A stretch of 64,000 nt of DNA. Source: Minisyncoccota bacterium (lineage in GTDB: Bacteria; Patescibacteriota; Minisyncoccia; Phycocordibacterales; UBA2100). The position numbers and the translations under genes were made by a program. Positions within the stretch are counted from its first letter, which is position 1. The number at the start of each line of letters is the position of its first letter. Positions 1-8,667 of this stretch are shown here, piece by piece. The notes under the pieces are model-generated. The model worked only from the letters and a program-made list of their open reading frames with translations, had not been told where the DNA came from and did not search any database. The stretch spans positions 125,945 to 189,944 of the forward strand of contig JAYWCB010000005.1 in the NCBI GenBank assembly GCA_043780835.1. The letters run 5' to 3'.

Positions 1-622
1 AATATCCGTCGAAGCTGTCTGTTCGTATGCGGAAGGAATTGATGCCCATATCTTTTAAAAGAGACGAGGTGGTCTTTACCATTTCCGTCGGGCCGGCAAC
101 ATAATAGAGATCAGCATTTTTCCACATTGTCTCCTGATACAGCTTCACTCGATCCTTTCGCTTGAGCTCATCGGTTCGTATGTAGTGGAGATCAAGACGT
201 AATTCATTCTTCCACTCATTGAGTTCGTCTTGAAACAGAAATATATCGCTCTTATTAAAATACAGAAGCTGCACCTGGTTACCGCTTCGTTCGTCATACA
301 TCTCCTTAAGCATGCTTCGAAACGGTGCAATGCCGATACCGCCCGCGATGAATACGCTCGTGCGGTTATCTTTGACATAGAAGTCATAGGAATTGCCGTA
401 CTGACTGACATTGAGTATGTCGTCATTTTTCCGCGATTGAAGGTATTGTTTGAACGGACTCCTGCCAAACCTGAAGCTGATCATGATGCTGTCCTCTGTT
501 GGAGAGGATGCAATGGAGTATGTCTTTCCACCGCGAGGCACGCTCTCTGCTGTCATGAAAAAATCCAGCCAGTCTCCGGCCTTGTAAGAGAAGCCGTTGG
601 GACGCTTGAAATATATATTCAT
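1..622 (-). CDS. FNR-like FAD/NAD(P)-binding oxidoreductase, N-terminal ~207 aa; gene continues beyond window start
   Basis: Manual reverse-complement translation from ATG at ~620-622: MNIYFKRPNGFSYKAGDWLDFFM..GKTYSIASSP (R-x-Y-S FAD motif)..VFIAGGIGIAPF (GGxGxxP NAD(P) motif). Not in ORF track because no stop codon inside window; table ORFs 145..468(-) and 230..658(+) are off-frame/antisense artefacts of it. Confidence 0.6.
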   Translation of the reverse strand, partial: MNIYFKRPNGFSYKAGDWLDFFMTAESVPRGGKTYSIASSPTEDSIMISFRFGRSPFKQYLQSRKNDDILNVSQYGNSYDFYVKDNRTSVFIAGGIGIAPFRSMLKEMYDERSGNQVQLLYFNKSDIFLFQDELNEWKNELRLDLHYIRTDELKRKDRVKLYQETMWKNADLYYVAGPTEMVKTTSSLLKDMGINSFRIRTDSFDGY

Positions 623-870
623 AGAGTCAGAGATGCGCTCGGTGCGGATAACTTTTAACGTACATGGATTTCGTATTACTGACATGTTTGAAAAAGAATT
701 CTACACATAAACGACCTTGTTGCTGCAGGATGTATCTAATTACAGCCTCCGTCAATTTGAACCTGCTTATTGACCGCCAGTTGAACTTTATAGAATTCTG
801 TTGTAACATATTTTTTGGATTGAAATGCCCGTGCTACCAGGTTCGTATCCAGAAAACAGGGAGAATTCCT

Positions 871-1254
871 ATGCGATATTTCGTCTCTCGTATCCAATCC
901 AAGGCATGGAGACACCCGTTAGTCGAACAGGTAGTAAACGCCGCAATGCTCGGCACGGAGACCGAGCTCCAAAAGGAATTGAAGACAGTCGTCTTCGACA
1001 GTGGGTTGTGGACACCTTTCCTCCCCATTCCGTTCACTGCCGATTCCCAACTGGGTCAGCGCATATCGGAGGCACTTGTCCAACTCAAAGCTGAATTTCC
1101 TCAACGGGCTACGGTGGCAGAATTCGACTTTAGGTTCTGGCGGCCCCACTCAGATGCCTTAGACTCCATGCTGGTTGACGATGCGATCGAGATTGATGCT
1201 CAGAGGCGGGGTGTCCAAGTCACTACCACAACGTTAGTTGAAGTTTTCAACTAA
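871..1254 (+). CDS. hypothetical protein (~127 aa)
   Basis: Tail of table ORF 664..1254; likely start MRYFVSRIQS.. preceded by AGGGAG; balanced composition versus Arg/Pro-rich overlapping frames. Confidence 0.4.
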   Translation: MRYFVSRIQSKAWRHPLVEQVVNAAMLGTETELQKELKTVVFDSGLWTPFLPIPFTADSQLGQRISEALVQLKAEFPQRATVAEFDFRFWRPHSDALDSMLVDDAIEIDAQRRGVQVTTTTLVEVFN

Positions 1255-1269
1255 CCAGTTCAACGTTCT

Positions 1270-1310
1270 ATGGCCGGCCCCCTCACGGGTATCCGGCCAT
1301 TTCCTTTTAT
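1270..1310 (+). terminator. rho-independent terminator
   Basis: ATGGCCGG-N13-CCGGCCAT stem followed by TTCCTTTTATT. Confidence 0.5.
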
Positions 1311-1414
1311 TCAGTCATGTTTAACCCTCCATTTACCGTCTGACTGAATTGAACCATAGTGGGGTAGCACATAGCTAAAGTGGAGCCCGTGGTATCGTTT
1401 CAATACAAATTTTT

Positions 1415-2002
1415 ATGGAGAAGATTGAAATACAGCAATTACTGAATTTTTCAGAACTTATATATGCATTCGAGCGTGTAGCCCGCATGGATGTAGTGCC
1501 CGGAACTGATAGACATGAAAATGATGCTGAGCATTCCTACCATCTCGCAATGCTCGCATGGTATATATCCGATGTATATAAACTAGATTTAGATACAGAA
1601 AAGCTTTTAAAATATGCCCTAACCCATGACTTGGTAGAAGCATATGCCGGCGATACACCCGCGTACGGAGGTAATCAAAGTCTTGTTACAAAACATGATC
1701 GTGAAGCGAGTGCACAAATGCAAATACAGAAAGAATTTCCTGATTTCTATGAACTCAATTCTTCTATTGATATGTACGAAAAACGAAATGATCCAGAAAG
1801 TGCATTCATATATGCATTAGATAAAATCATTCCAATACTTGTATGCTATGCCGGCAAAGGAAAGGCATGGAAGAAGTGGGATGTAACATTCGAAAAAGTT
1901 TGTGACGTTAAAAGGTCTAAAGTCGGCGATCACGACTTGAGATTGGTGCTTGAAGACATCCTTTCCATTGTCGAAAAAGAAAGAGTTACACTTTTTAACT
2001 AG
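1415..2002 (+). CDS. HD-domain phosphohydrolase (YfbR-like 5'-deoxynucleotidase family)
   Basis: H..HD..E..GD pattern: AEHSYHLAML...LTHDLVEAYAGD. Confidence 0.65.
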   Translation: MEKIEIQQLLNFSELIYAFERVARMDVVPGTDRHENDAEHSYHLAMLAWYISDVYKLDLDTEKLLKYALTHDLVEAYAGDTPAYGGNQSLVTKHDREASAQMQIQKEFPDFYELNSSIDMYEKRNDPESAFIYALDKIIPILVCYAGKGKAWKKWDVTFEKVCDVKRSKVGDHDLRLVLEDILSIVEKERVTLFN

Positions 2003-2311
2003 AATTTTGTGACCTAATAAGGTTTCACCTCGTACCAAACACCCATCAAGAGGACCAACTTCTTGCGACAATGTCTTGTCACGCTTGCCGCCCTTCTCAT
2101 TCAGTGCACTTTTTCTGGATCAGAAGAATTAGTGACAAAACCATCGACTCTTCATCGAAAACAAGACGCGCCGCCTATACACTAGTCGAGTTCTAACTGC
2201 ACTCTGAATTGCATCAGGTAAGTCTTCCACATCCCAAAGGATCTGATGACTGAAATCGTGCAGCTAAAGCTTTAGTGGCTGTCTGAAAAAATTCATTAAA
2301 TAATAAACTAT

Positions 2312-2536
2312 ATGCAAAAAACGATGCTTCAAAGATTGGCAAGCAAGTCAGCGGATGAGTTTGATATGGCATTCATTGAGATGATGACAAAGCATCACAA
2401 TGAGGCTATAGAGATGGCTGGGCTGGCTAAAAAGAAAGGTGCACACAAGGAGATATTAAAACTTGCGGAAAATATAATCTATGCTCAAACAAAGGAAATT
2501 AAACAAATGAAATTATGGAAATCTGAATGGAAGTAA
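2312..2536 (+). CDS. DUF305-like small protein (single ferritin-like half repeat), paralog of 17754..17981
   Basis: FDMAFIEMMTKHHNEAIEMA..AENIIYAQTKEIKQMKLWKSEWK; second copy has the same C-terminal WKSEWK. Confidence 0.55.
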   Translation: MQKTMLQRLASKSADEFDMAFIEMMTKHHNEAIEMAGLAKKKGAHKEILKLAENIIYAQTKEIKQMKLWKSEWK

Positions 2537-2571
2537 TCCAAGGAGCTAGGTCTTAATGATTGCCTGCTAAA

Positions 2572-3015
2572 TCATTTAAACAACCCCATGGCAATGGCAG
2601 CGATTGCCAAGTATCGGCCAAGCTTAGCTAAAAACACCAGAGCTATAAAAATAGCTAACGGCTCCCTGAGGAATCCGGCAACGAGCGTGATGGGGTCTCC
2701 GATGATTGGAGCCCAACTCAACAGCAGTGACCATTTACCGTATCGCCTATACCACGCCTCAGCTTTTTCGATTGTCGTCCGTTTTTTTATGGGAAACCAC
2801 GTGTACTGCTCAAGATACGCGATATTCCTGCCAATGAACCAATTGATTAATGATCCGAGTGTGTTTCCCGCAGTTGCAACCAGAACGAGAATCCACCATG
2901 AATACTTTCCTGATAGAAGTAGTCCGAAAAGGACCGCCTCTGACTGAAATGGGAATACTGTAGCCGCTAGTAATGCTACCCAGAAGAGGCTTACATAGAC
3001 CAAAAGAGAGCTCAT
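2572..3015 (-). CDS. DedA/YqaA-family (VTT domain) membrane protein
   Basis: Multi-TM 147 aa; typical DedA core ...YGKWSLLLSWAPIIGDPITLVAGFLR... Confidence 0.6.
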   Translation of the reverse strand: MSSLLVYVSLFWVALLAATVFPFQSEAVLFGLLLSGKYSWWILVLVATAGNTLGSLINWFIGRNIAYLEQYTWFPIKKRTTIEKAEAWYRRYGKWSLLLSWAPIIGDPITLVAGFLREPLAIFIALVFLAKLGRYLAIAAIAMGLFK

Positions 3016-3083
3016 AGATGTATCTTAGCTTTGGATTATAAGAACCAATGCCACGAGGGTGGCATTATTTCCTAATCATTCGA

Positions 3084-3980
3084 CTACTCCAGCTGATTAT
3101 TAATATCAACTGCCGCAATAGCGGCCTGGCCCATAGCTACACTTATCTGATTAAGTGCGTTCGTAACGTCTCCAACTGCATAGATGCGCGGGATAGAGGT
3201 GCGGCAATGGTCGTCAACGACAAGCGCACCCTTTGAATCAACGTCGGGTTTGAACTGCTCGACAAGGTCGGCGCGCACCTTTGCACCCAGAGCTGAATAA
3301 ATGGTGTCGAACTCGAGCTCTTGGCCCCGTGCTTCAAACGCACATATTTTGTCTCCGTTCATAACAACTTTCGTCACAGGGTCTTCTACAAAATGTATTC
3401 CTTCAGCAGTTAACACCTCGCGCTCCTCATTTAGAATATGCATCGGTTTGCCGAGTGACAATATGGTTAGGTCTTTTGCGTAGCGTTTTAACAGCAGGCT
3501 CTCCCGCAAATTCGCTTCGCCATAAAATATGACGCCAACTTTTTTATCGATTACCTCGAACCCGTCACAAATGACGCAATGACGGATCAGGCCGCGCGCA
3601 ATCGCTGCCTCGACATTAGGCAAATCCGGTTCGATATCGACGACACCAGTAGCCAGGATTACAGTTCGCGATTCGAATGTTCCTGCCCCAGTGGTTGCCA
3701 AGAATGTGCCATCGACACTCCGTATTAAATCTCTTACAGCATCCGTAATGATCTCAGCGCCGTATTTTTGCGCCTGCCGGCGCATCCGTTTGACGAGGTC
3801 GGGACCAGAAATGCCGTCGGGGAAACCTGCGTGGTTATGTGATGTGGGGATGAGCGATGCGCGACTCTTGCCGTTGTCGATAACGAGGAAGCTCCGACGG
3901 AAGCGCGCGAGATATATGGCCGCGGTCAATCCTCCTGGACCTCCGCCAATAATGAGAGAATCCAGAATTTTCCTTTGCAT
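3084..3980 (-). CDS. thioredoxin-reductase-like NAD(P)/FAD-dependent disulfide oxidoreductase
   Basis: [17 protein letters not shown] motif, redox CxxC (HCVICDG), GxGxxA NAD motif, C-terminal AVGDV. Confidence 0.7.
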   Translation of the reverse strand: MQRKILDSLIIGGGPGGLTAAIYLARFRRSFLVIDNGKSRASLIPTSHNHAGFPDGISGPDLVKRMRRQAQKYGAEIITDAVRDLIRSVDGTFLATTGAGTFESRTVILATGVVDIEPDLPNVEAAIARGLIRHCVICDGFEVIDKKVGVIFYGEANLRESLLLKRYAKDLTILSLGKPMHILNEEREVLTAEGIHFVEDPVTKVVMNGDKICAFEARGQELEFDTIYSALGAKVRADLVEQFKPDVDSKGALVVDDHCRTSIPRIYAVGDVTNALNQISVAMGQAAIAAVDINNQLE

Positions 3981-4091
3981 CCATCAATGATAATTGGCGT
4001 GGGTAAGTTTAATATGAAGCATTTCAACATGGGCAGACAGCGAAATGGAATTCATGCGCCTGAAAAGTTCCCAAAGCTGATCAGAATAAAA

Positions 4092-5252
4092 TCATCCAAA
4101 TGTAAACGTATACGCTTGCAATCCGGGATTGTTTACGATTATCTCGATTGTATGTTCACCATAATCTATGCCTTCGACTAATTTGTAGAGCCGGTTTTCT
4201 TGAATCGTCATCGTGCCGTCCGCAGATACATCCGATCCTCTCCCAACCGTTATCGGTTTACCATCCAACATAACTGTGACGTTCACAGGTTTAGCGGCCG
4301 TACCAACGAGGTACACATTCTTCGATTTGTATTTATAGACAATTTTTGCACCTATGGACGTGTTTTCCGCATATTCATTTTGTAAGTTCCACGTGCCATC
4401 GAGGTACAACTCATTTGAGTGAATAGTGGTGTGCACCGTAAGCTTTTGCGTGCCCACAGTGCCCACAGTGCCCACAGTGCCTCGTGTGCCGTTTCCAAGG
4501 TACTCATTTCGAGAAGCGCCAAAATATGTTTCTGGACTTTGGACTCCGTTATTGCTAACCGTGATCACACCTGCGGGGTTCACTGTGCCGGTGGGCACCG
4601 TATCTGGAAGTCCGAGCACTTGGTCGCGCTCTTTCAATGCTGTCTGAATTTTTTGCTCGGTCTTATCATAATTACCCTCGCCAAAATGGGTATCAGCGAT
4701 ATAGCCGTCAATATCGATCAGGTATTCCGCTGGCCAATACTGGTTTTGGTACGCCTGCCATGTCGCCATTTCATTATCCTGCATAACTGGATACTTGATC
4801 CCATATTGGCCGTTGACGGCTTTGAGTACATTGTTGTAATCCTTCTCGAATTCAAATTCCGGCGAATGGACACCGACTATGACAAGACCCTGATCTTTGT
4901 ATTTCTCGTACCACGCGTTCACATACGGCGCGGAGCGTAAACAATTGATGCACGTATACGTCCAGAAGTCGATAAGTACTACTTTCTTGCCGATTAGATC
5001 TTTCAGTTTGAATGGCTCCGAATTTATGAATTTTCCACCAGGAATAAGTTCGACTGCCGGAGATAAAGTCGAAGCTTTTTGTTTGAGTATCACGGCTCTC
5101 TCTTGAGTTGTCGGTGTTGACGAAGATGTGGCAGTACGAGCGACAGGTGTACCAGCGACCGCAGGTGGCTTCGTTGACTCAATATACCAAATTGCGCCGG
5201 TGATGAATATGACTGCAATCATCAATAAAGTGTTTTTGTTCGACAAATTCAT
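4092..5252 (-). CDS. membrane-anchored TlpA/ResA-like thioredoxin-fold protein with DipZ-C-terminal-like beta domain
   Basis: N-terminal TM, Thr/Ser-rich linker, thioredoxin motif VVLIDFWTYTCINCLRSAPYV..VIVGVHSPEFEFEKD, ~170-aa C-terminal beta-rich domain; start overlaps upstream stop (ATGA). Confidence 0.7.
   Translation of the reverse strand: MNLSNKNTLLMIAVIFITGAIWYIESTKPPAVAGTPVARTATSSSTPTTQERAVILKQKASTLSPAVELIPGGKFINSEPFKLKDLIGKKVVLIDFWTYTCINCLRSAPYVNAWYEKYKDQGLVIVGVHSPEFEFEKDYNNVLKAVNGQYGIKYPVMQDNEMATWQAYQNQYWPAEYLIDIDGYIADTHFGEGNYDKTEQKIQTALKERDQVLGLPDTVPTGTVNPAGVITVSNNGVQSPETYFGASRNEYLGNGTRGTVGTVGTVGTQKLTVHTTIHSNELYLDGTWNLQNEYAENTSIGAKIVYKYKSKNVYLVGTAAKPVNVTVMLDGKPITVGRGSDVSADGTMTIQENRLYKLVEGIDYGEHTIEIIVNNPGLQAYTFTFG
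4450..4487. repeat. 9-bp tandem repeat (gcccacagt x3 plus a degenerate unit) encoding GTVGTVGTVGT inside the TlpA-like CDS
   Basis: Directly visible tandem periodicity in sequence and protein. Confidence 0.6.
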
Positions 5253-6049
5253 ACGTCTTGTTTTTTGATACTCGACTCCGCCAAGTATGAAAGGAATCCT
5301 GGAATGATTGGCAATACACAGGGGCTCAGGAATGATGCAAGGCCAGCGAAGAGAGCGACTGCAAGATTAACAATGCTCAGCGATGAAATACTTCCACCTG
5401 CGCTCGTGCCTAAATGGAGAGCGGTGAGAATGCTCGTCAGAAATTGTACATTTGCTACTTTACTCAACTCGCCGGTGAAGATAAAAATGCCTATGATAAT
5501 GAGTACTACGCCAAAAAAGTACTCGACATACGTGAGCCATGCTCCAGCGCGATTGATGAACTCCTGTGCCTGATTCGTAAATGCGCCGACGATCAAAAAC
5601 GGAATGCCGAGACCAAGAGTATATGCGAAGAGAAGCAGGAATGCGCTGCTGGGGTTTACTGCCGCGAGAGCTAAAATTGCTCCGAGTGCCGCGCTTACGC
5701 AGGGTGTCCATCCGACAGCAAATGCCGCGCCGAAAACAAACGCAGTAATGTACCGCGACTTAAACTTTCTTCGTATAAGAATTTTGTGATCGCGCTGAAG
5801 AAAGCGCGGCGTGAATAGTCCGAGAACGAAGAGTCCGAACAGGATGATGATAATGCCGCCGATCCTACCCAGCCACATCTGTACGTCGTGAGAGGAATGT
5901 ACCAGAACTGTCCGTAGCATCACTCCTACAAGCGAAAACACGACGGAAAATCCGAGCACAAAAAATACACTGGTGAAGAAAACGCCCCAGTCTCTTTTTT
6001 CATGTGCGAGGGCGAATTCGGGCTCCATATGTATGAAGTGTACTACCAA
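5249..6049 (-). CDS. CcdA/DsbD-core-like thiol-disulfide transporter with apparently circularly permuted helix order (TM2-TM6 then TM1)
   Basis: GWTPC motif (FAVGWTPCVSAALG) precedes SFLSPCVLPIIPGFLSY motif, which lies at the extreme C-terminus; N-terminus aligns with CcdA TM2; table start is TTG at 6049 with in-frame stop just upstream; ATG (MEPEF..) at ~6028 more likely. Confidence 0.6.
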   Translation of the reverse strand: MVVHFIHMEPEFALAHEKRDWGVFFTSVFFVLGFSVVFSLVGVMLRTVLVHSSHDVQMWLGRIGGIIIILFGLFVLGLFTPRFLQRDHKILIRRKFKSRYITAFVFGAAFAVGWTPCVSAALGAILALAAVNPSSAFLLLFAYTLGLGIPFLIVGAFTNQAQEFINRAGAWLTYVEYFFGVVLIIIGIFIFTGELSKVANVQFLTSILTALHLGTSAGGSISSLSIVNLAVALFAGLASFLSPCVLPIIPGFLSYLAESSIKKQDV

Positions 6050-6063
6050 ATTTTAGATAGGCT

Positions 6064-6495
6064 ATGTATACTACGATGCATATGAGGCTCGGAACGCATG
6101 CTCAGATCCTCGTGCTTTTCGTGCTCGCGGCACTCATCGTAATGAGTCTTTGCGGAACAGTTCTCAATGTGAGAATGGAAAAAGATGCACAAACATCAAC
6201 ATCTGGATGCATGTTCAGCGCCATTGCCATTTGCACGCTGTCCCCCCTGGCGCATTTTGCTGTGGGGCAGAGTATGTTCACCGGGACAGCTTTCGATGCA
6301 GTTCGTGCACTTGCTCTCCTGTTAGCTGCGGCAGTTTTTGCAGTATATATAACAAGGCGGTTACTGTTTGATGACGTTCTCAATTTTCTAGAGACACGTC
6401 AAAGATTGCGTTTTGAGCACTCGCTCGCGATTGTCCATATAAGTTCGTTCCAGGAAGCTTTTTCACGCGGCATTCTAAATCCGAAGGTTTATTAA
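6064..6495 (+). CDS. hypothetical Cys/His-containing membrane protein
   Basis: ORF divergent from ccdA-like gene; hydrophobic segments; no recognisable domain. Confidence 0.3.
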   Translation: MYTTMHMRLGTHAQILVLFVLAALIVMSLCGTVLNVRMEKDAQTSTSGCMFSAIAICTLSPLAHFAVGQSMFTGTAFDAVRALALLLAAAVFAVYITRRLLFDDVLNFLETRQRLRFEHSLAIVHISSFQEAFSRGILNPKVY

Positions 6496-6563
6496 TTTCT
6501 CTTAACGAAAGACCCTCAATGAAGTTGAGCGGTTTTCTATTTATAAGGTCAAGAGAAATTAAC

Positions 6564-7082
6564 ATGAAAACAAAATACATTATTGGCTTCATTGTTGGAG
6601 CGGCGGTACTGCCGTTGCTCGCAATTGTATTAATCCCCACTCCGAAGCCGCAGGCGGCGAGACCTCTGATGGGCGAGAAAATGACTGATCAGACTGCCAC
6701 ACACATCGAACGTGGGGCGGCACATGCGGCATACAACTCGGATCCGCCGACGTCAGGCGTACATTGGGGAGATGGCGTCGCGGGAGCTGGCATTAAGACT
6801 GAACAGGTCCCTGATGAACTTGTGCTACACAGTATGGAGCACGGTGCGGCAGTTATTTGGTACAAGGCAGACCTTGCAAAAGACGAGATTGCGAAAATTC
6901 AGGGCGCGTTCGATGCAGCAAAGATCGCGAAGAAAATCATGGTGCCCCGTACAAATCTCGACGTACCCGTCGCGCTCGTCTCGTGGGGCTACCTGCTGAA
7001 GCAGAAAACGTTAGATCCTGCACAAATCACTGCATTCTTATTGTCGAACAATGGACGCGGTACGGAAAACTCACCAATCTAG
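6564..7082 (+). CDS. DUF3105-like membrane-anchored protein
   Basis: N-terminal TM then HIERGAAHAAYNSDPPTSGVHW...LHSMEHGAAVIWY; internal Met of table ORF 6519..7082 taken as start. Confidence 0.45.
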   Translation: MKTKYIIGFIVGAAVLPLLAIVLIPTPKPQAARPLMGEKMTDQTATHIERGAAHAAYNSDPPTSGVHWGDGVAGAGIKTEQVPDELVLHSMEHGAAVIWYKADLAKDEIAKIQGAFDAAKIAKKIMVPRTNLDVPVALVSWGYLLKQKTLDPAQITAFLLSNNGRGTENSPI

Positions 7083-7128
7083 ATGTGCGATGCGTGATTA
7101 TTAAATTAGAAGTTAAGATGAAATAACT

Positions 7129-7848
7129 ATGGAGACTGAATCGCAACAAAATAAATTACTCATTCCTGGCGCGATAGTCATTGCTGGATTTTTAATCGCT
7201 GGAGGACTTCTCATTGGACTTCGTGGAAACAGTTCGGCGCAAGTCGGTGCGACGCCTCCAACCGGCCAACAACCAACACAGGCGGCGGATGTTAGCAAGG
7301 TCAAGATCGCTGGTGAACCATATATTGGAAAGGAGGACGCTCCAGTCACGATGGCGTACTGGTTCGATTACCAGTGTCCGTTCTGTCAGCGCAACGAGAT
7401 TGATGTCATGCCGCAGCTCGTTAAAGAATACGTGGACACCGGCAAGGTTAAGATTGTATTCAAAGATTTCGAATTTTTAAGCGAGGATTCGCAACGACTT
7501 GGCAAAGTAGCGCGTGCTGTCTGGGATACTGCTCCGGATAAATTCTATCAATGGCACAAGGCTGTCTTTGAGAATCAGGGTAAGGAAAATACAGGCTGGG
7601 CAACAGACGCGAAGATCCTCTCAATTACGACGAGCGTACTTGGCGCAGCAGATGCGCAAAAAGTAATGGCACTGGCGATTAAGAATTCAGATGCGTATCA
7701 AAAAGAGATGGACGATGACAAAGCCGAAGGAGGGGCAATGGGCGTAAGCGGTACGCCAGGCACGATCATTGGTAAACAGTTTATCAATGGAGCTCAGCCA
7801 TACGCAGCATTTAAGCAAGTCATTGATCTTACCCTTGCGGGAAAGTGA
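7129..7848 (+). CDS. DsbA/BdbD-like thiol:disulfide oxidoreductase, membrane anchored
   Basis: N-terminal TM; thioredoxin-fold active site YWFDYQCPFCQRNE (CPFC); C-terminal GVSGTPGTIIG. Confidence 0.7.
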   Translation: METESQQNKLLIPGAIVIAGFLIAGGLLIGLRGNSSAQVGATPPTGQQPTQAADVSKVKIAGEPYIGKEDAPVTMAYWFDYQCPFCQRNEIDVMPQLVKEYVDTGKVKIVFKDFEFLSEDSQRLGKVARAVWDTAPDKFYQWHKAVFENQGKENTGWATDAKILSITTSVLGAADAQKVMALAIKNSDAYQKEMDDDKAEGGAMGVSGTPGTIIGKQFINGAQPYAAFKQVIDLTLAGK

Positions 7849-8384
7849 TTATGATTGCGAGCGCGTTCACGACAGTATTCAAAAAGTGGCAGTATGTGTT
7901 ACTTGCCGCTGCTGTGGCGCTGTTTATGACTGTGTTTGCAACATGGCTGCCGAATCTGCGACTCCTATTGTCGATTCTTGGAAATCCCGCAGTAGCTCTC
8001 GCCGACAAATTAACTTTGCCGGTTAATCTTGCCACGTCGATCACGACAAACTTCACGGTCCGTGCCGCTCTCTACATCATTGCGAGCGCCGTGCTCGCTG
8101 GTATCAATGTCTCGCTCATTACGTACTACATTAATAGACAGAGACGTGTATCAGGAGCTGGCGCGGCAGCGGGTGGGCTCGGACTCATAAGTGGAGTCCT
8201 TGGAGTCGGATGCGCTGCATGTGGCTCGCTGGTAGTCATGTCCGTATTCGGCACAGCGGCGGGTGCAAGCATCATCACCTTTTTACCGCTCAAAGGTGAA
8301 GAATTCGGAATCGCTGGAGTAACGCTGCTTGGTATTTCGGCGTACATTTCGGCGAAACAAATAACGAAGCCCCTTGTGTGCTAG
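7845..8384 (+). CDS. polytopic membrane protein with intramembrane CAAC motif, translationally coupled to dsbA-like gene
   Basis: ATGA overlap with upstream stop; ~5 TM; GVLGVGCAACGSLVVM; no DsbB/VKOR signatures. Confidence 0.5.
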   Translation: MIMIASAFTTVFKKWQYVLLAAAVALFMTVFATWLPNLRLLLSILGNPAVALADKLTLPVNLATSITTNFTVRAALYIIASAVLAGINVSLITYYINRQRRVSGAGAAAGGLGLISGVLGVGCAACGSLVVMSVFGTAAGASIITFLPLKGEEFGIAGVTLLGISAYISAKQITKPLVC

Positions 8385-8524
8385 TCACAACATTGTCCTA
8401 CCTTTCCATACCCTAAGGGATGACACTAGATGCCCTAGGGCGTCAAGAGCGTCCTGAGTAGCCAAGGTGTTGGTAACTAAAATGTGCCGAAAAGCACTGA
8501 AAGCGGGTTGGATAAATGAGTAGC

Positions 8525-8569
8525 AAACGACGGCCACATTTGGTAAGTGGCCGTCGTTTTATTTTTCTT
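8525..8569 (+). terminator. rho-independent terminator
   Basis: AAACGACGGCCAC..GTGGCCGTCGTTT stem then TATTTTTCTT. Confidence 0.5.
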
Positions 8570-8667
8570 AATAATTCCAATATATAGATCCAATATACTT
8601 AGCTCGACTTCTTAAATACTTGTTGTAATCTTCTATCTAGAAGCAACCATTTTAGAGAGGTCTAAAC

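Noticed and set aside
230-658. 142-aa plus ORF and 107-aa minus ORF at window start
   Set aside because: They overlap the frame of the edge-truncated FNR-like gene, which has clear FAD/NAD motifs. They have no RBS and no domain.
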